A stretch of 64,000 nucleotides of DNA from Eledone cirrhosa (lineage: Eukaryota), in the NCBI GenBank assembly GCA_964016885.1, contig OZ024744.1:134602001-134666000 (forward strand). Reading direction: 5' to 3'. Numbering within the stretch: the stretch's first letter is position 1; the number at the start of each line of letters is the position of its first letter. The notes below the pieces were generated by a model. That model saw only the letters and a program-made list of their open reading frames with translations, was not told where the DNA came from and did no database searches. Both the position numbers and the translations under genes were made by a program. This document shows, one piece after another, positions 38,401 through 50,674 of this stretch.

Positions 38401-41113
38401 AAATTGGGGTTGAGTTAAGTTGGGGTTGAGTTAAGTTGGTTTTGAGTTGAGTTAGGGTTAAGTTAAGTTGGGGTTAAGTTAAGTTGGGGTCAAGTTAAGT
38501 TGGGGTTAAGTTAAGTTGGTTAGTTAAGTTGAGTTTAAGTTAAGTTGGGGTTAATTTAAGTTGGGGTTAAGTTAAGTTGGGGTTAAGTTAAGTTGGGGTT
38601 AAGTTAAGTTGGGGTTAAGTTAAGTCGGGGTTAATTTAAGTCGGGGTTAAGTTAAGTTAGGGTTCAGTTAAGTTGGGGTTAAGTTAAGTTGGGGTTGAGT
38701 TAAGTTGGGGTTGAGTTAAATTGGGGTTGAGTTAAGTTGGTGTTGAGTTAAGTTGGTGTTGAGTTAAGTTGGAGTTAAGTTAAGTTGGGGTTAAGTTAAG
38801 TTGCAGTTAAGTTAAGTTGAGGTTTAGTTAAGGTGGGGTTAAGTTAAGTCGGGGTTAAGTTAAGTTGTGGTTGAGTTAAGTTGGGGTTAATTTAAGTTGG
38901 GGCTGAGTTAATTTGTGGTTAAGTTAAGCTGGGGTTAAGTTAAGTTGGGGTTGAGTTAAGTTGGGGTTGAGTTAATTTGGGGTTAATTTAAGTTGGGGCT
39001 GAGTTAATTTGTGGTTAAGTTAAGCTGGGGTTAAGTTAAGTTGGGGTTGAGTTAAGTTGGGGTTAAGTTAAGTTGGGGTTAAGTTAAGTTGGGGTTAAGT
39101 TAAGTTGGGGTTAAGTTAAGTCGGGGTTAATTTAAGTCGGGGTTAAGTTAAGTTAGGGTTCAGTTAAGTTGGGGTTAAGTTAAGTTGGGGTTAAGTTAAG
39201 TTGGGGTTGAGTTAAGTTGGGGTTGAGTTAATTTGGGGTTAAGTTAAGTTGGGGTTAATTTAAGTTGGGTTTAAGTTAAGTTGGGGTTAAATTAAGTTGG
39301 GGTTAAATTAAGTTGGGGTTAAGTTAAGTTGGGGGTAAGTTAAGTTGGGGGCAAGTTAAGTTGGGGTTAATTTAAGTTGGGGTTAAATTAAGTTGGGGTT
39401 ACGTTAAGTTGGTGTTAAGTTAAGTTGGGGTTAATTTAAGTTGGGGTTAATTAAGTTGGGGTTAAGTTAAGTTGGGGTTATGTTAAGTTGGGGTTAATTT
39501 AAGTTGGGGTTGAGTTAAGTTGGGGTTAAGTTAAGTTGGGGTTATATTAAGTTGGGGTTAAGTTAAGTTGGGGTTCAGTTAAGTTGGGGATAATTTAAGT
39601 TGGGGTTAAGTTAAGTTGGGGTTAATTAAGTTGGGGTTAAGTTAAGTTGGGGTTAAGTTAAGTTGGGGCTAAGTTAAGTTGGGGCTGAGTTATGTTGGGG
39701 CTGAGTTAAGTTGGGGTTAAGTTAAGTTGGGGTTGAGTTAAGTTGGGGTTAAGTTAAGTTGGGGTCAAGTTAAGTTGGGGTTAAGTTGGGGTTAAGTTAA
39801 GTTAGGTTTAAGTTAAGTTGGGGTTAAGTTAAGTTGGGGTTAAGTTAAGTTGGGGTTAAGTTAAGTTGGGGTTAAGTTAAGTTGGGGTTAAGTTAATTTG
39901 TGGTTTAGTTAAGTTGGGGTTAAGTTAAGTTGGGGTTAAGTTAAGTTGGGGTTAAGTTAAGTCGGGGTTAAGTTAAGTTGGGGTTAAGTTAAGTTGGGGT
40001 TAAGTTAAGTTGGGGTTAAGTTAAGTTGGGGTTAAGTTAAGTTGGGGTTAAGTTAAGTTGGGGTTAAGTCAAGTTGAGGTTAAGTTAAGTTGGGGTTAAA
40101 TTAAGTTGGGGTTAAGTTAAGTTGGGGTTAAGTTAAGTTGGGGTTAAGTTAAGTTGGGGATAAGTTAAGTTGGGGATAATTTAAGTTGGGGTTAAGTTAA
40201 GTTGGGTTTAAGTTAAGTTGGGGTTAAGTTAAGTTGGGGATAAGTTAAGTTGGGGTTAAGTTAAGTTGGGGTTAAGTTAAGTTGGGGTTAAGTTAAGTTG
40301 GGGCTAAGTTAAGTTGGGGCTGAGTTAAGTTGGGGTTAAGTTAAGTTGGGGTTAAGTTAAGTTGGGGTTAATTTAAGTTGGGGTTTATTTAAGTTGGGGT
40401 TAAGTTAAGTTGGGGTTCAGTTAAGTTGGGGTTAAGTTAAGTTGGGGTTAAGATGGGGTTAAATTAAGTTGGGGTTAAGTTAAGTTGGGGTTAAGTTAAG
40501 TTGGGGTTAAGTTAAGTCGGGGTTAAGTTAAGTCGGGGTTAAGTTAAGTTAGGGTTCAGTTAAGTTGGGGTTAAGTTAAGTTGTGGTTGAGTTAAGTTGG
40601 GGTTGATTTAAATTGGGGTTGAGTTAAGTTGGGGTTGAGTTAAGTTGGTGTTGAGTTAAGTTGGGGTTAAGTTAAGTTGGGGTTAAGTTAAGTTGCAGTT
40701 AAGTTAAGTTGAGGTTAAGTTAAGGTGCGGTTAAGTTAAGTTGGGGTTAAGTTAAGTTAGGGCTAAGTTAAGTTGGGGCTAAGTTAAGTTGGGGCTAAGT
40801 TAAGTTGGGGTTAAGTTACGTTGGGGTTAAGTTAAGTCGGGGTTAAGTTAAGTTGGGGTTAAGTTAAGTTGGGGTTAATTTAAGTTGGGGTTAAGTTAAG
40901 TTGGGGTTAAGTTAAGTTGGGGTTAAGTTAATTTGGGGTTAAGTTAAGTTGGGTTTAAGTTAAGTTGGGGTTAAGTTAAGTTGGGGTCAAGTTAAGTTGG
41001 GGTTAAGTTAAGTTGGTTAGTTAAGTTGAGTTTAAGTTAAGTTGGGGTTAATTTAAGTTGGGGTTAAGTTAAGTTGGGGTTAAGTTAAGTTGGGGTTAAG
41101 TTAAGTTGGGGTT

Positions 41114-41311
41114 AACCCCAACTTAACTTAACCCCAACGTAACTCAACCCCAACGTAACTCAACCCCAACTTAACTTAACCCCAACTTCACTCAACCCCA
41201 ACTTAACTTAACCCCAACTTCACTCAACCCCAAATTAAGTCAACCCCAACTTAACTTAACCCCAACTTGACTTAACCCCAACTTAACTTAGCCCCAACTT
41301 AACTTAAGCCC
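41114..41311 (-). repeat. Inverted satellite block 5 (198 bp, type B)
   Basis: Palindromic left junction, contains AAGTCAACCCC, ends CTTAAGCCC-AAAGTCGGGG. Confidence 0.96.
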
Positions 41312-42569
41312 AAAGTCGGGGTTAAGTTAAGTTGGCGTTAAGTTAAGTTAGGCTTAACTTAAGTTGGGGGTAAGTTAAGTTGGGTGTAAGTTAAGTTGGG
41401 GTTAAGTTAAGTTGCGGTTAAGTTGGGGTTAAGTTAAGTTAGGGTTAAGTTAAGTTGGCGTTGAGTTAAGTCGGGGTTAATTAAGTGGTGGTTATGTTAA
41501 GTTGGGGTTAATTTAAATTGGGGTGAAGTTAACTTTGTGGTTAAGTTAAGTTGGGGTTAAGTTAAGTTGGGGTTAAGTTGGGGTTGAGTTAAGTTGGGGT
41601 TGAGTGAAGTTGGGGTTAAGTTAAGTTGGGGTAAAGTTAAGTTGGGGTTAAGTTAAGTCGGGGTTAAGTTAAGTTGTGGTTGAGTTAAGTTGGGGTTAAT
41701 TTAAGTTGGGGCTAAGTTAATTTGTGGTTAAGTTAAGTTGGGGTTAAGTTAAGTTGGGGTTAAGTTAAGTTGGGGTTAAGTTAAGTTGCAGTTAAGTTAA
41801 GTTGAGGTTAAGTTAAGTTGGGGTTAAGTTAAGTTGGGGTTAAGTTAAGTTGGGGTTCAGTTAAGTTGGGGTTAAGTTAAGTTGGGGTTAAGATGGGGTT
41901 AAATTAAGTTGGGGTTAAGTTAAGTTGGGGTTAAGTTAAGTTGGGGTTAAGTTAAGTTGGGGTTAAGTTAAGTCGGGGTTAAGTTAAGTCGGGGTTAAGT
42001 TAAGTTAGGGTTCAGTTAAGTTGGGGTTAAGTTAAGTTGGGGTTGAGTTAAGTTGGGGTTGAGTTAAATTGGGGTTGATTTAAGTTGGGGTTGAGTTAAG
42101 TTGGTGTTGAGTTAAGTTGGGGTTAAGTTAAGTTGGGGTTAAGTTAAGTTGCAGTTAAGTTAAGTTGAGGTTAAGTTAAGGTGCGGTTAAGTTAAGTTGG
42201 GGTTAAGTTAAGTTGGGGCTAAGTTAAGTTGGGGCTAAGTTAAGTTGGGGCTAAGTTAAGTTGGGGTTACGTTACGTTGGGGTTAAGTTAAGTCGGGGTT
42301 AAGTTAAGTTGGGGTTAAGTTAAGTTGGGGTTAATTTAAGTTGGGGTTAAGTTAAGTTGGGGTTAAGTTTAGTTGGGGTTAAGTTAAGTTGGGGTTAAGT
42401 TAAGTTGGGTTTAAGTTAAGTTGGGGTTAAGTTAAGTTGGGGTCAAGTTAAGTTGGGGTTAAGTTAAGTTGGTTAGTTAAGTTGAGTTTAAGTTAAGTTG
42501 GGGTTAATTTAAGTTGGGGTTAAGTTAAGTTGGGGTTAAGTTAAGTTGGGGTTAAGTTAAGTTGGGGTT

Positions 42570-42783
42570 AACCCCAACTTAACTTAACCCCAACTTAACT
42601 TAACCCCAACTTCACTCAACCCCAAAGTAACTCAACCCCAACTTAACTTAACCCCAACTTCACTCAACCCCAACTTAACTTAACCCCAACTTCACTCAAC
42701 CCCAACTTAAGTCAACCCCAACTTAACTTAACTCCAACTTGACTTAACCCCAACTTAACTTAGCCCCAACTTAACTTAAGCCC
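42570..42783 (-). repeat. Inverted satellite block 6 (214 bp, type B)
   Basis: Palindromic left junction, variants CAAAGTAAC and AACTCCAAC, ends CCC-AAAGTCGGGG. Confidence 0.96.
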
Positions 42784-44958
42784 AAAGTCGGGGTTAAGTT
42801 AAGTTGGCGTTAAGTTAAGTTAGGCTTAACTTAAGTTGGGGGTAAGTTAAGTTGGGGGTAAGTTAAGTTGGGGTTAAGTTAAGTTGCGGTTAAGTTGGGG
42901 TTAAGTTAAGTTAGGGTTAAGTTAAGTTGGCGTTGAGTTAAGTTGGGGTTAATTAAGTGGTGGTTATGTTAAGTTGGGGTTAATTTAAATTGGGGTGAAG
43001 TTAACTTTGTGGTTAAGTTAAGTTGGGGTTAAGTTAAGTTGGGGTTAAGTTGGAGTTGAGTTAAGTTGGGGTTGAGTGAAGTTGGGGTTAAGTTAAGTTG
43101 GGGTTAATTTAAGTTGGGGCTAAGTTAATTTGTGGTTAAGTTAAGTTGGGGTTAAGTTAAGTTGGGGTTAAGTTAAGTTGGGGTTAAGTTAAGTTGCAGT
43201 TAAGTTAAGTTGAGGTTAAGTTAAGTTGGGGTTAAGTTAAATTGGGGTTAAGTTAAGTTGGGGCTAAGTTAAGTTGGGGCTAAGTTAAGTTGGGGCTAAG
43301 TTAAGTTGGGGTTAAGTTAAGTTGGGGTTAAGTTAAGTTGGGGTTAAGTTAAGTTGGGGTTAAGTTAAGTTGGTGTTAAGTTAAGTTGGGGCTAAGTTAA
43401 GTTGGGGCTGAGTTAAGTTGGGGCTGAGTTAAGTTGGGGTTAAGTTAAGTTGGGGTTGAGTTAAGTTGGGGTTAAGTTAAGTTGGGGTCAAGTTAAGTTG
43501 GGGTTAAGTTGGGGTTAAGTTAAGTTAGGTTTAAGTTAAGTTGGGGTTAAGTTAAGTTGGGGTTAAGTTAAGTTGGGGTTAAGTTAAGTTGGGGTTAAGT
43601 TAAGTTGGGGTTAAGTTAATTTGTGGTTAAGTTAAGTTGGGGTTAAGTTAAGTTGGGGTTAAGTTAAGTTGGGGTTAAGTTAAGTCGGGGTTAAGTTAAG
43701 TTGGGGTTAAGTTAAGTTGGGGTTAATTTAAGTTGGGGTTAAGTTAAGTTGGGGTTCAGTTAAGTTGGGGTTAAGTTAAGTTGGGGATAATTTAAGTTGG
43801 GGTTAAGTTAAGTTTGGGTTTAAGTTAAGTTGGGGTTAAGTTAAGTTAGGGTTAAGTTAAGTTGGGATTAAGTTAAGTTGGTTAGTTAAGTTGAGTTTAA
43901 GTTAAGTTGGGGTTAATTTAAGTTGGGGTTAAGTTAAGCTGGGGTTAAGTTAAGTTGGGGTTAAGTTAAGTTGGGGTTAATTTAAGTTGGGGTTAAGTCA
44001 AGTTGGGGTTAAGTTAAGTTGGGGTTAAGTTAAGTTGGGGTTAAGTTAAGTTGGGGCTAATTTAAGTTGGGGCTGAGTTAAGTTGGGGTTAAGTTAAGTT
44101 GGGGTTAAGTTAAGTTGGGGTTAAGTTAAGTTGGGGTTAAGTTAAGTTGGGGTTTATTTAAGTTGGGGTTAAGTTAAGTTGGGGTTCAGTTAAGTTGGGG
44201 TTCAGTTAAGTTGGGGTTAAGTTAAGTTGGGGTTAAGATGGGGTTAAATTACGTTGGAGTTAAGTTAAGTTGGGGTTAAGTTAAGTTGGGGTTAAGTTAA
44301 GTTGGGGTTAAGTTAAGTCGGGGTTAATTTAAGTCGGGGTTAAGTTAAGTTAGGCTTCAGTTAAGTTGGGGTTAAGTTAAGTTGGGGTTGAGTTAAGTTG
44401 GGGTTGAGTTAAATTGGGGTTGAGTTAAGTTGGGGTTGAGTTAAGTTGGTGTTGAGTTAAGTTGGGGTTAAGTTAAATTGGGGTTAAGTTAAGTTGCAGT
44501 TAAGTTAAGTTGAGGTTAAGTTAAGGTGCGGTTAAGTTAAGTTGGGCTTAAGTTAAGTTGGGGCTAAGTTAAGTTGGGGCTAAGTTAAGTTGGGGCTAAG
44601 TTAAGTTGGGGTTCAGTTAAGTTGGGGTTAAGTTAAGTCGGGGTTAAGTTAAGTTGGGGTTAAGTTAAGTGGGGTTAAGTTAAGTTGGTTAGTTAAGTTG
44701 AGTTTGAGTTAAGTTGGGGTTAATTTAAGTTGGGGTTAAGTTAAGTTGGGGTTAAGTTTAGTTGGGGTTAAGTTAAGTTGGGGTTAAGTTAAGTTGGGTT
44801 TAAGTTAAGTTGGGGTTAAGTTAAGTTGGGGTCAAGTTAAGTTGGGGTTAAGTTAAGTTGGTTAGTTAAGTTGAGTTTAAGTTAAGTTGGGGTTAATTTA
44901 AGTTGGGGTTAAGTTAAGTTGGGGTTAAGTTAAGTTGGGGTTAAGTTAAGTTGGGGTT

Positions 44959-45172
44959 AACCCCAACTTAACTTAACCCCAACTTAACTTAACCCCAACT
45001 TCACTCAACCCCAACGTAACTCAACCCCAACTTAACTTAACCCCAACTTCACTCAACCCCAACTTAACTTAACCCCAACTTCACTCAACCCCAACTTAAG
45101 TCAACCCCAACTTAACTTAACTCCAACTTGACTTAACCCCAACTTAACTTAGCCCCAACTTAACTTAAGCCC
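44959..45172 (-). repeat. Inverted satellite block 7 (214 bp, type B)
   Basis: As block 6 but with CAACGTAAC. Confidence 0.96.
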
Positions 45173-47302
45173 AAAGTCGGGGTTAAGTTAAGTTGGCGTT
45201 AAGTTAAGTTAGGCTTAACTTAAGTTGGGGGTAAGTTAAGTTGGGGGTAAGTTAAGTTGGGGTTAAGTTAAGTTGCGGTTAAGTTGGGGTTAAGTTAAGT
45301 TAGGGTTAAGTTAATTTGGCGTTGAGTTAAGTTGGGGTTAATTAAGTGGTGGTTATGTTAAGTTGGGGTTAATTTAAATTGGGGTGAAGTTAACTTTGTG
45401 GTTAAGTTAAGTTGGGGTTAAGTTAAGTTGGGGTTAAGTTGGGGTTGAGTTAAGTTGGGGTTGAGTGAAGTTGGGGTTAAGTTAAGTTGGGGTAAAGTTA
45501 AGTTGGGGTTAAGTTAAGTCGGGGTTAAGGTAAGTTGTGGTTGAGTTAAGTTGGGGTTAATTTAAGTTGGGGCTAAGTTAATTTGTGGTTAAGTTAAGTT
45601 GGGGTTAAGTTAAGTTGGGGTTAAGTTAAGTTGGGGTTAAGTTAAGTTGCAGTTAAGTTAAGTTGAGGTTAAGTTAAGTTGGGGTTAAGTTAAATTGGGG
45701 TTAAGTTAAGTTGGGGCTAAGTTAAGTTGGGGCTAAGTTAAGTTGGGGCTAAGTTAAGTTGGGGTTAAGTTAAGTTGGGGTTAAGTTAAGTTGGGGTTAA
45801 GTTAAGTTGGGGTTAAGTTAAGTTGGGGTTAAGTTAAGTTGGTGTTAAGTTAAGTTGGGGCTAATTTAAGTTGGGGCTGAGTTAAGTTGGGGCTGAGTTA
45901 AGTTGGGGTTAAGTTAAGTTGGGGTTGAGTTAAGTTGGGGTTAAGTTAAGTTGGGGTCAAGTTAAGTTGGGGTTAAGTTGGGGTTAAGTTAAGTTAGGTT
46001 TAAGTTAAGTTGGGGTTAAGTTAAGTTGGGGTTAAGTTAAGTTGGGGTTAAGTTAAGTTGGGGTTAAGTTAATTTGTGGTTAAGTTAAGTTGGGGTTAAG
46101 TTAAGTTGGGGTTAAGTTAAGTTGGGGTTAAGTTAAGTCGGGGTTAAGTTAAGTTGGGGTTAAGTTAAGTTGGGGTTAATTTAAGTTGGGGTTAAGTTAA
46201 GTTGGGGTTAAGTTAAGTTGGGGTTAAGTTAAGTTGGGGATAATTTAAGTTGGGGTTAAGTTAAGTTTGGGTTTAAGTTAAGTTGGGGTTAAGTTAAGTT
46301 GGGGTTAAGTTAAGTTGGGGTTAAGTTAAGTTGGTTAGTTAAGTTGAGTTTAAGTTAAGTTGGGGTTAATTTAAGTTGGGGTTAAGTTAAGCTGGGGTTA
46401 AGTTAAGTTGGGGTTAAGTTAAGTTGGGGTTAATTTAAGTTGGGGTTAAGTTAAGTTGCAGGTAATTTAAGTTGGGGTTAAGTTAAGTTGGGGTTAAGTT
46501 AAGTTGGGGTTAAGTTAAGTTGGGGTTAAGTTAAGTTGGGGCTAATTTAAGTTGGGGCTGAGTTAAGTTGGGGTTAAGTTAAGTTGGGGTTAAGTTAAGT
46601 TGGGGTTAAGTTAAGTTGGGGTTTATTTAAGTTGGGGTTAAGTTAAGTTGGGGTTCAGTTAAGTTGGGGTTCAGTTAAGTTGGGGTTAAGTTAAGTTGGG
46701 GTTAAGATGGGGTTAAATTACGTTGGAGTTAAGTTAAGTTGGGGTTAAGTTAAGTTGGGGTTAAGTTAAGTTGGGGTTAAGTTAAGTCGGGGTTAATTTA
46801 AGTCGGGGTTAAGTTAAGTTAGGCTTCAGTTAAGTTGGGGTTAAGTTAAGTTGGGGTTGAGTTAAGTTGGGGTTGAGTTAAATTGGGGTTGAGTTAAGTT
46901 GGGGTTGAGTTAAGTTGGTGTTGAGTTAAGTTGGGGTTAAGTTAAATTGGGGTTAAGTTAAGTTGCAGTTAAGTTAAGTTGAGGTTAAGTTAAGGTGCGG
47001 TTAAGTTAAGTTGGGCTTAAGTTAAGTTGGGGCTAAGTTAAGTTGGGGCTAAGTTAAGTTGGGGCTAAGTTAAGTTGGGGTTAAGTTAAGTTGGGGTTAA
47101 GTTAAGTCGGGGTTAAGTTAAGTTGGGGTTAAGTTAAGTGGGGTTAAGTTAAGTTGGTTAGTTAAGTTGAGTTTGAGTTAAGTTGGGGTTAATTTAAGTT
47201 GGGGTTAAGTTAAGTTGGGGTTAAGTTAAGTTGGGGTTAAGTTAAGTTGGGGTTAAGTTAAGTTGGGGTTAAGTTAAGTTGGGGTTAAGTTAAGTTGGGG
47301 TT

Positions 47303-47427
47303 AACCCCAACTTAACTTAACCCCAACTTCACTCAACCCCAACTTAACTTAACCCAAACTTCACTCAACCCCAACTTCCAACTTGACTTAACCCCAACTT
47401 AACTTAGCCCCAACTTAACTTAAGCCC
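47303..47427 (-). repeat. Inverted satellite block 8 (125 bp, type C)
   Basis: Short form with CCCAAACTTCAC and CTTCCAACTTGAC, ends CCC-AAAGTCGGGG. Confidence 0.96.
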
Positions 47428-47959
47428 AAAGTCGGGGTTAAGTTAAGTTGGCGTTAAGTTAAGTTGGCGTTAAGTTAAGTTAGGCTTAACTTAAGTTGGG
47501 GTTCAGTTAAGTTGGGGGTAATTTAAGTTGGGGTTAAGTTAAGTTAGGGTTAAGTTAAGTTGGGGTTGAGTTAAGTTGGGGTTAATTAAGTGGTGGTTAT
47601 GTTAAGTTGGGGTTAAGTTAAGTTGGGGTTAATTTAAATTTGGGTTAAGTTAACTTTGAGGTTAAGTTAAGTTGGGGTTAAGTTAAGTTGGGGTAAAGTT
47701 GGGGTTGAGTTAAGTTGGGGTTGAGTGAAGTTGGGGTTAAGTTAAGTTGGGGTTAAGTTAAGTTGGGGTTAAGATAAGTCGGGGTTAAGTTAAGTTGTGG
47801 TTGAGTTAAGTTGGGGTTAAGTTAAGTTGGGGTCAAGTTAAGTTGGGGTTAAGTTAAGTTGGTTAGTTAAGTTGAGTTTAAGTTAAGTTGGGGTTAATTT
47901 AAGTTGGGGTTAAGTTAAGTTGGGGTTAAGTTAAGTTGGGGTTAAGTTAAGTTGGGGTT

Positions 47960-48173
47960 AACCCCAACTTAACTTAACCCCAACTTAACTTAACCCCAAC
48001 TTCACTCAACCCCAAAGTAACTCAACCCCAACTTAACTTAACCCCAACTTCACTCAACCCCAACTTAACTTAACCCCAACTTCACTCAACCCCAACTTAA
48101 GTCAACCCCAACTTAACTTAACTCCAACTTGACTTAACCCCAACTTAACTTAGCCCCAACTTAACTTAAGCCC
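47960..48173 (-). repeat. Inverted satellite block 9 (214 bp, type B)
   Basis: Matches block 6 (CAAAGTAAC variant). Confidence 0.96.
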
Positions 48174-50460
48174 AAAGTCGGGGTTAAGTTAAGTTGGCGT
48201 TAAGTTAAGTTAGGCTTAACTTAAGTTGGGGGTAAGTTAAGTTGGGGGTAAGTTAAGTTGGGGTTAAGTTAAGTTGCGGTTAAGTTGGGGTTAAGTTAAG
48301 TTAGGGTCAAGTTAAGTTGGCGTTGAGTTAAGTTGGGGTTAATTAAGTGGTGGTTATGTTAAGTTGGGGTTAATTTAAATTGGGGTGAAGTTAACTTTGT
48401 GGTTAAGTTAAGTTGGGGTTAAGTTAAGTTGGGGTTAAGTTGGAGTTGAGTTAAGTTGGGGTTGAGTGAAGTTGGGGTTAAGTTAAGTTGGGGTAAAGTT
48501 AAGTTGGGGTTAAGTTAAGTCGGGGTTAAGTTAAGTTGTGGTTGAGTTAAGTTGGGGTTAATTTAAGTTGGGGCTAAGTTAATTTGTGGTTAAGTTAAGT
48601 TGGGGTTAAGTTAAGTTGGGGTTAAGTTAAGTTGGGGTTAAGTTAAGTTGCAGTTAAGTTAAGTTGAGGTTAAGTTAAGTTGGGGTTAAGTTAAATTGGG
48701 GTTAAGTTAAGTTGGGGCTAAGTTAAGTTGGGGCTAAGTTAAGTTGGGGCTAAGTTAAGTTGGGGTTAAGTTAAGTTGGGGTTAAGTTAAGTTGGGGTTA
48801 AGTTAAGTTGGGGTTAAGTTAAGATGGGGTTAAGTTAAGTTGGTGTTAAGTTAAGTTGGGGCTAAGTTAAGTTGGGGCTGAGTTAAGTTGGGGCTGAGTT
48901 AAGTTGGGGTTAAGTTAAGTTGGGGTTGAGTTAAGTTGGGGTTAAGTTAAGTTGGGGTCAAGTTAAGTTGGGGTTAAGTTGGGGTTAAGTTAAGTTAGGT
49001 TTAATTTAAGTTGGGGTTAAGTTAAGTTGGGGTTAAGTTAAGTTGGGGTTAAGTTAAGTTGGGGTTAAGTTAAGTTGGGGTTAAGTTAATTTGTGGTTAA
49101 GTTAAGTTGGGGTTAAGTTAAGTTGGGGTTAAGTTAAGTTGGGGTTAAGTTAAGTCGGGGTTAAGTTAAGTTGGGGTTAAGTTAAGTTGGGGTTAATTTA
49201 AGTTGGGGTTAAGTTAAGTTGGGGTTCAGTTAAGTTGGGGTTAAGTTAAGTTGGGGATAATTTAAGTTGGGGTTAAGTTAAGTTTGGGTTTAAGTTAAGT
49301 TGGGGTTAAGTTAAGTTGGGGTTAAGTTAAGTTGGGATTAAGTTAAGTTGGTTAGTTAAGTTGAGTTTAAGTTAAGTTGGGGTTAATTTAAGTTGGGGTT
49401 AAGTTAAGCTGGGGTTAAGTTAAGTTGGGGTTAAGTTAAGTTGGGGTTAATTTAAGTTGGGGTTAAGTTAAGTTGCTGGTAATTTAAGTTGGGGTTAAGT
49501 TAAGTTGGGGTTAAGTTAAGTTGGGGTTAAGTTAAGTTGGGGTTAAGTTAAGTTGGGGCTAATTTAAGTTGGGGCTGAGTTAAGTTGGGGTTAAGTTAAG
49601 TTGGGGTTAAGTTAAGTTGGGGTTAAGTTAAGTTGGGGTTAAGTTAAGTTGGGGTTTATTTAAGTTGGGGTTAAGTTAAGTTGGGGTTCAGTTAAGTTGG
49701 GGTTCAGTTAAGTTGGGGTTAAGTGAAGTTGGGGTTAAGATGGGGTTAAATTACGTTGGAGTTAAGTTAAGTTGGGGTTAAGTTAAGTTGGGGTTAAGTT
49801 AAGTTGGGGTTAAGTTAAGTCGGGGTTAATTTAAGTCGGGGTTAAGTTAAGTTAGGCTTCAGTTAAGTTGGGGTTAAGTTAAGTTGGGGTTGAGTTAAGT
49901 TGGGGTTGAGTTAAATTGGGGTTGAGTTAAGTTGGGGTTGAGTTAAGTTGGTGTTGAGTTAAGTTGGGGTTAAGTTAAATTGGGGTTAAGTTAAGTTGCA
50001 GTTAAGTTAAGTTGAGGTTAAGTTAAGGTGCGGTTAAGTTAAGTTGGGCTTAAGTTAAGTTGGGGCTAAGTTAAGTTGGGACTAAGTTAAGTTGGGGCTA
50101 AGTTAAGTTGGGGTTAAGTTAAGTTGGGGTTAAGTTAAGTCGGGGTTAAGTTAAGTTGGGGTTAAGTTAAGTGGGGTTAAGTTAAGTTGGTTAGTTAAGT
50201 TGAGTTTGAGTTAAGTTGGGGTTAATTTAAGTTGGGGTTAAGTTAAGTTGGGGTTAAGTTTAGTTGGGGTTAAGTTAAGTTGGGGTTAAGTTAAGTTGGG
50301 TTTAAGTTAAGTTGGGGTTAAGTTAAGTTGGGGTCAAGTTAAGTTGGGGTTAAGTTAAGTTGGTTAGTTAAGTTGAGTTTAAGTTAAGTTGGGGTTAATT
50401 TAAGTTGGGGTTAAGTTAAGTTGGGGTTAAGTTAAGTTGGGGTTAAGTTAAGTTGGGGTT

Positions 50461-50674
50461 AACCCCAACGTAACTCAACCCCAACTTAACTTAACCCCAA
50501 CTTCACTCAACCCCAACGTAACTCAACCCCAACTTAACTTAACCCCAACTTCACTCAACCCCAACTTAACTTAACCCCAACTTCACTCAACCCCAACTTA
50601 AGTCAACCCCAACTTAACTTAACTCCAACTTGACTTAACCCCAACTTAACTTAGCCCCAACTTAACTTAAGCCC
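50461..50674 (-). repeat. Inverted satellite block 10 (214 bp, type B)
   Basis: The first unit carries CAACGTAACTC; same right junction. Confidence 0.96.

Larger units (their letters stand above)
1..38950 (+). repeat. Left higher-order repeat domain (basic unit about 7.6-9 kb, four marked copies)
   Basis: The doublet marker GGGTATAAGTTAAGTTGGGTATA has its first TATA at 980, 8617, 24736 and 33683 (spacings 7637, 16119, 8947). Each is followed about 1.5 kb later by a 173-bp inverted block. The right boundary is approximate. Confidence 0.88.
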
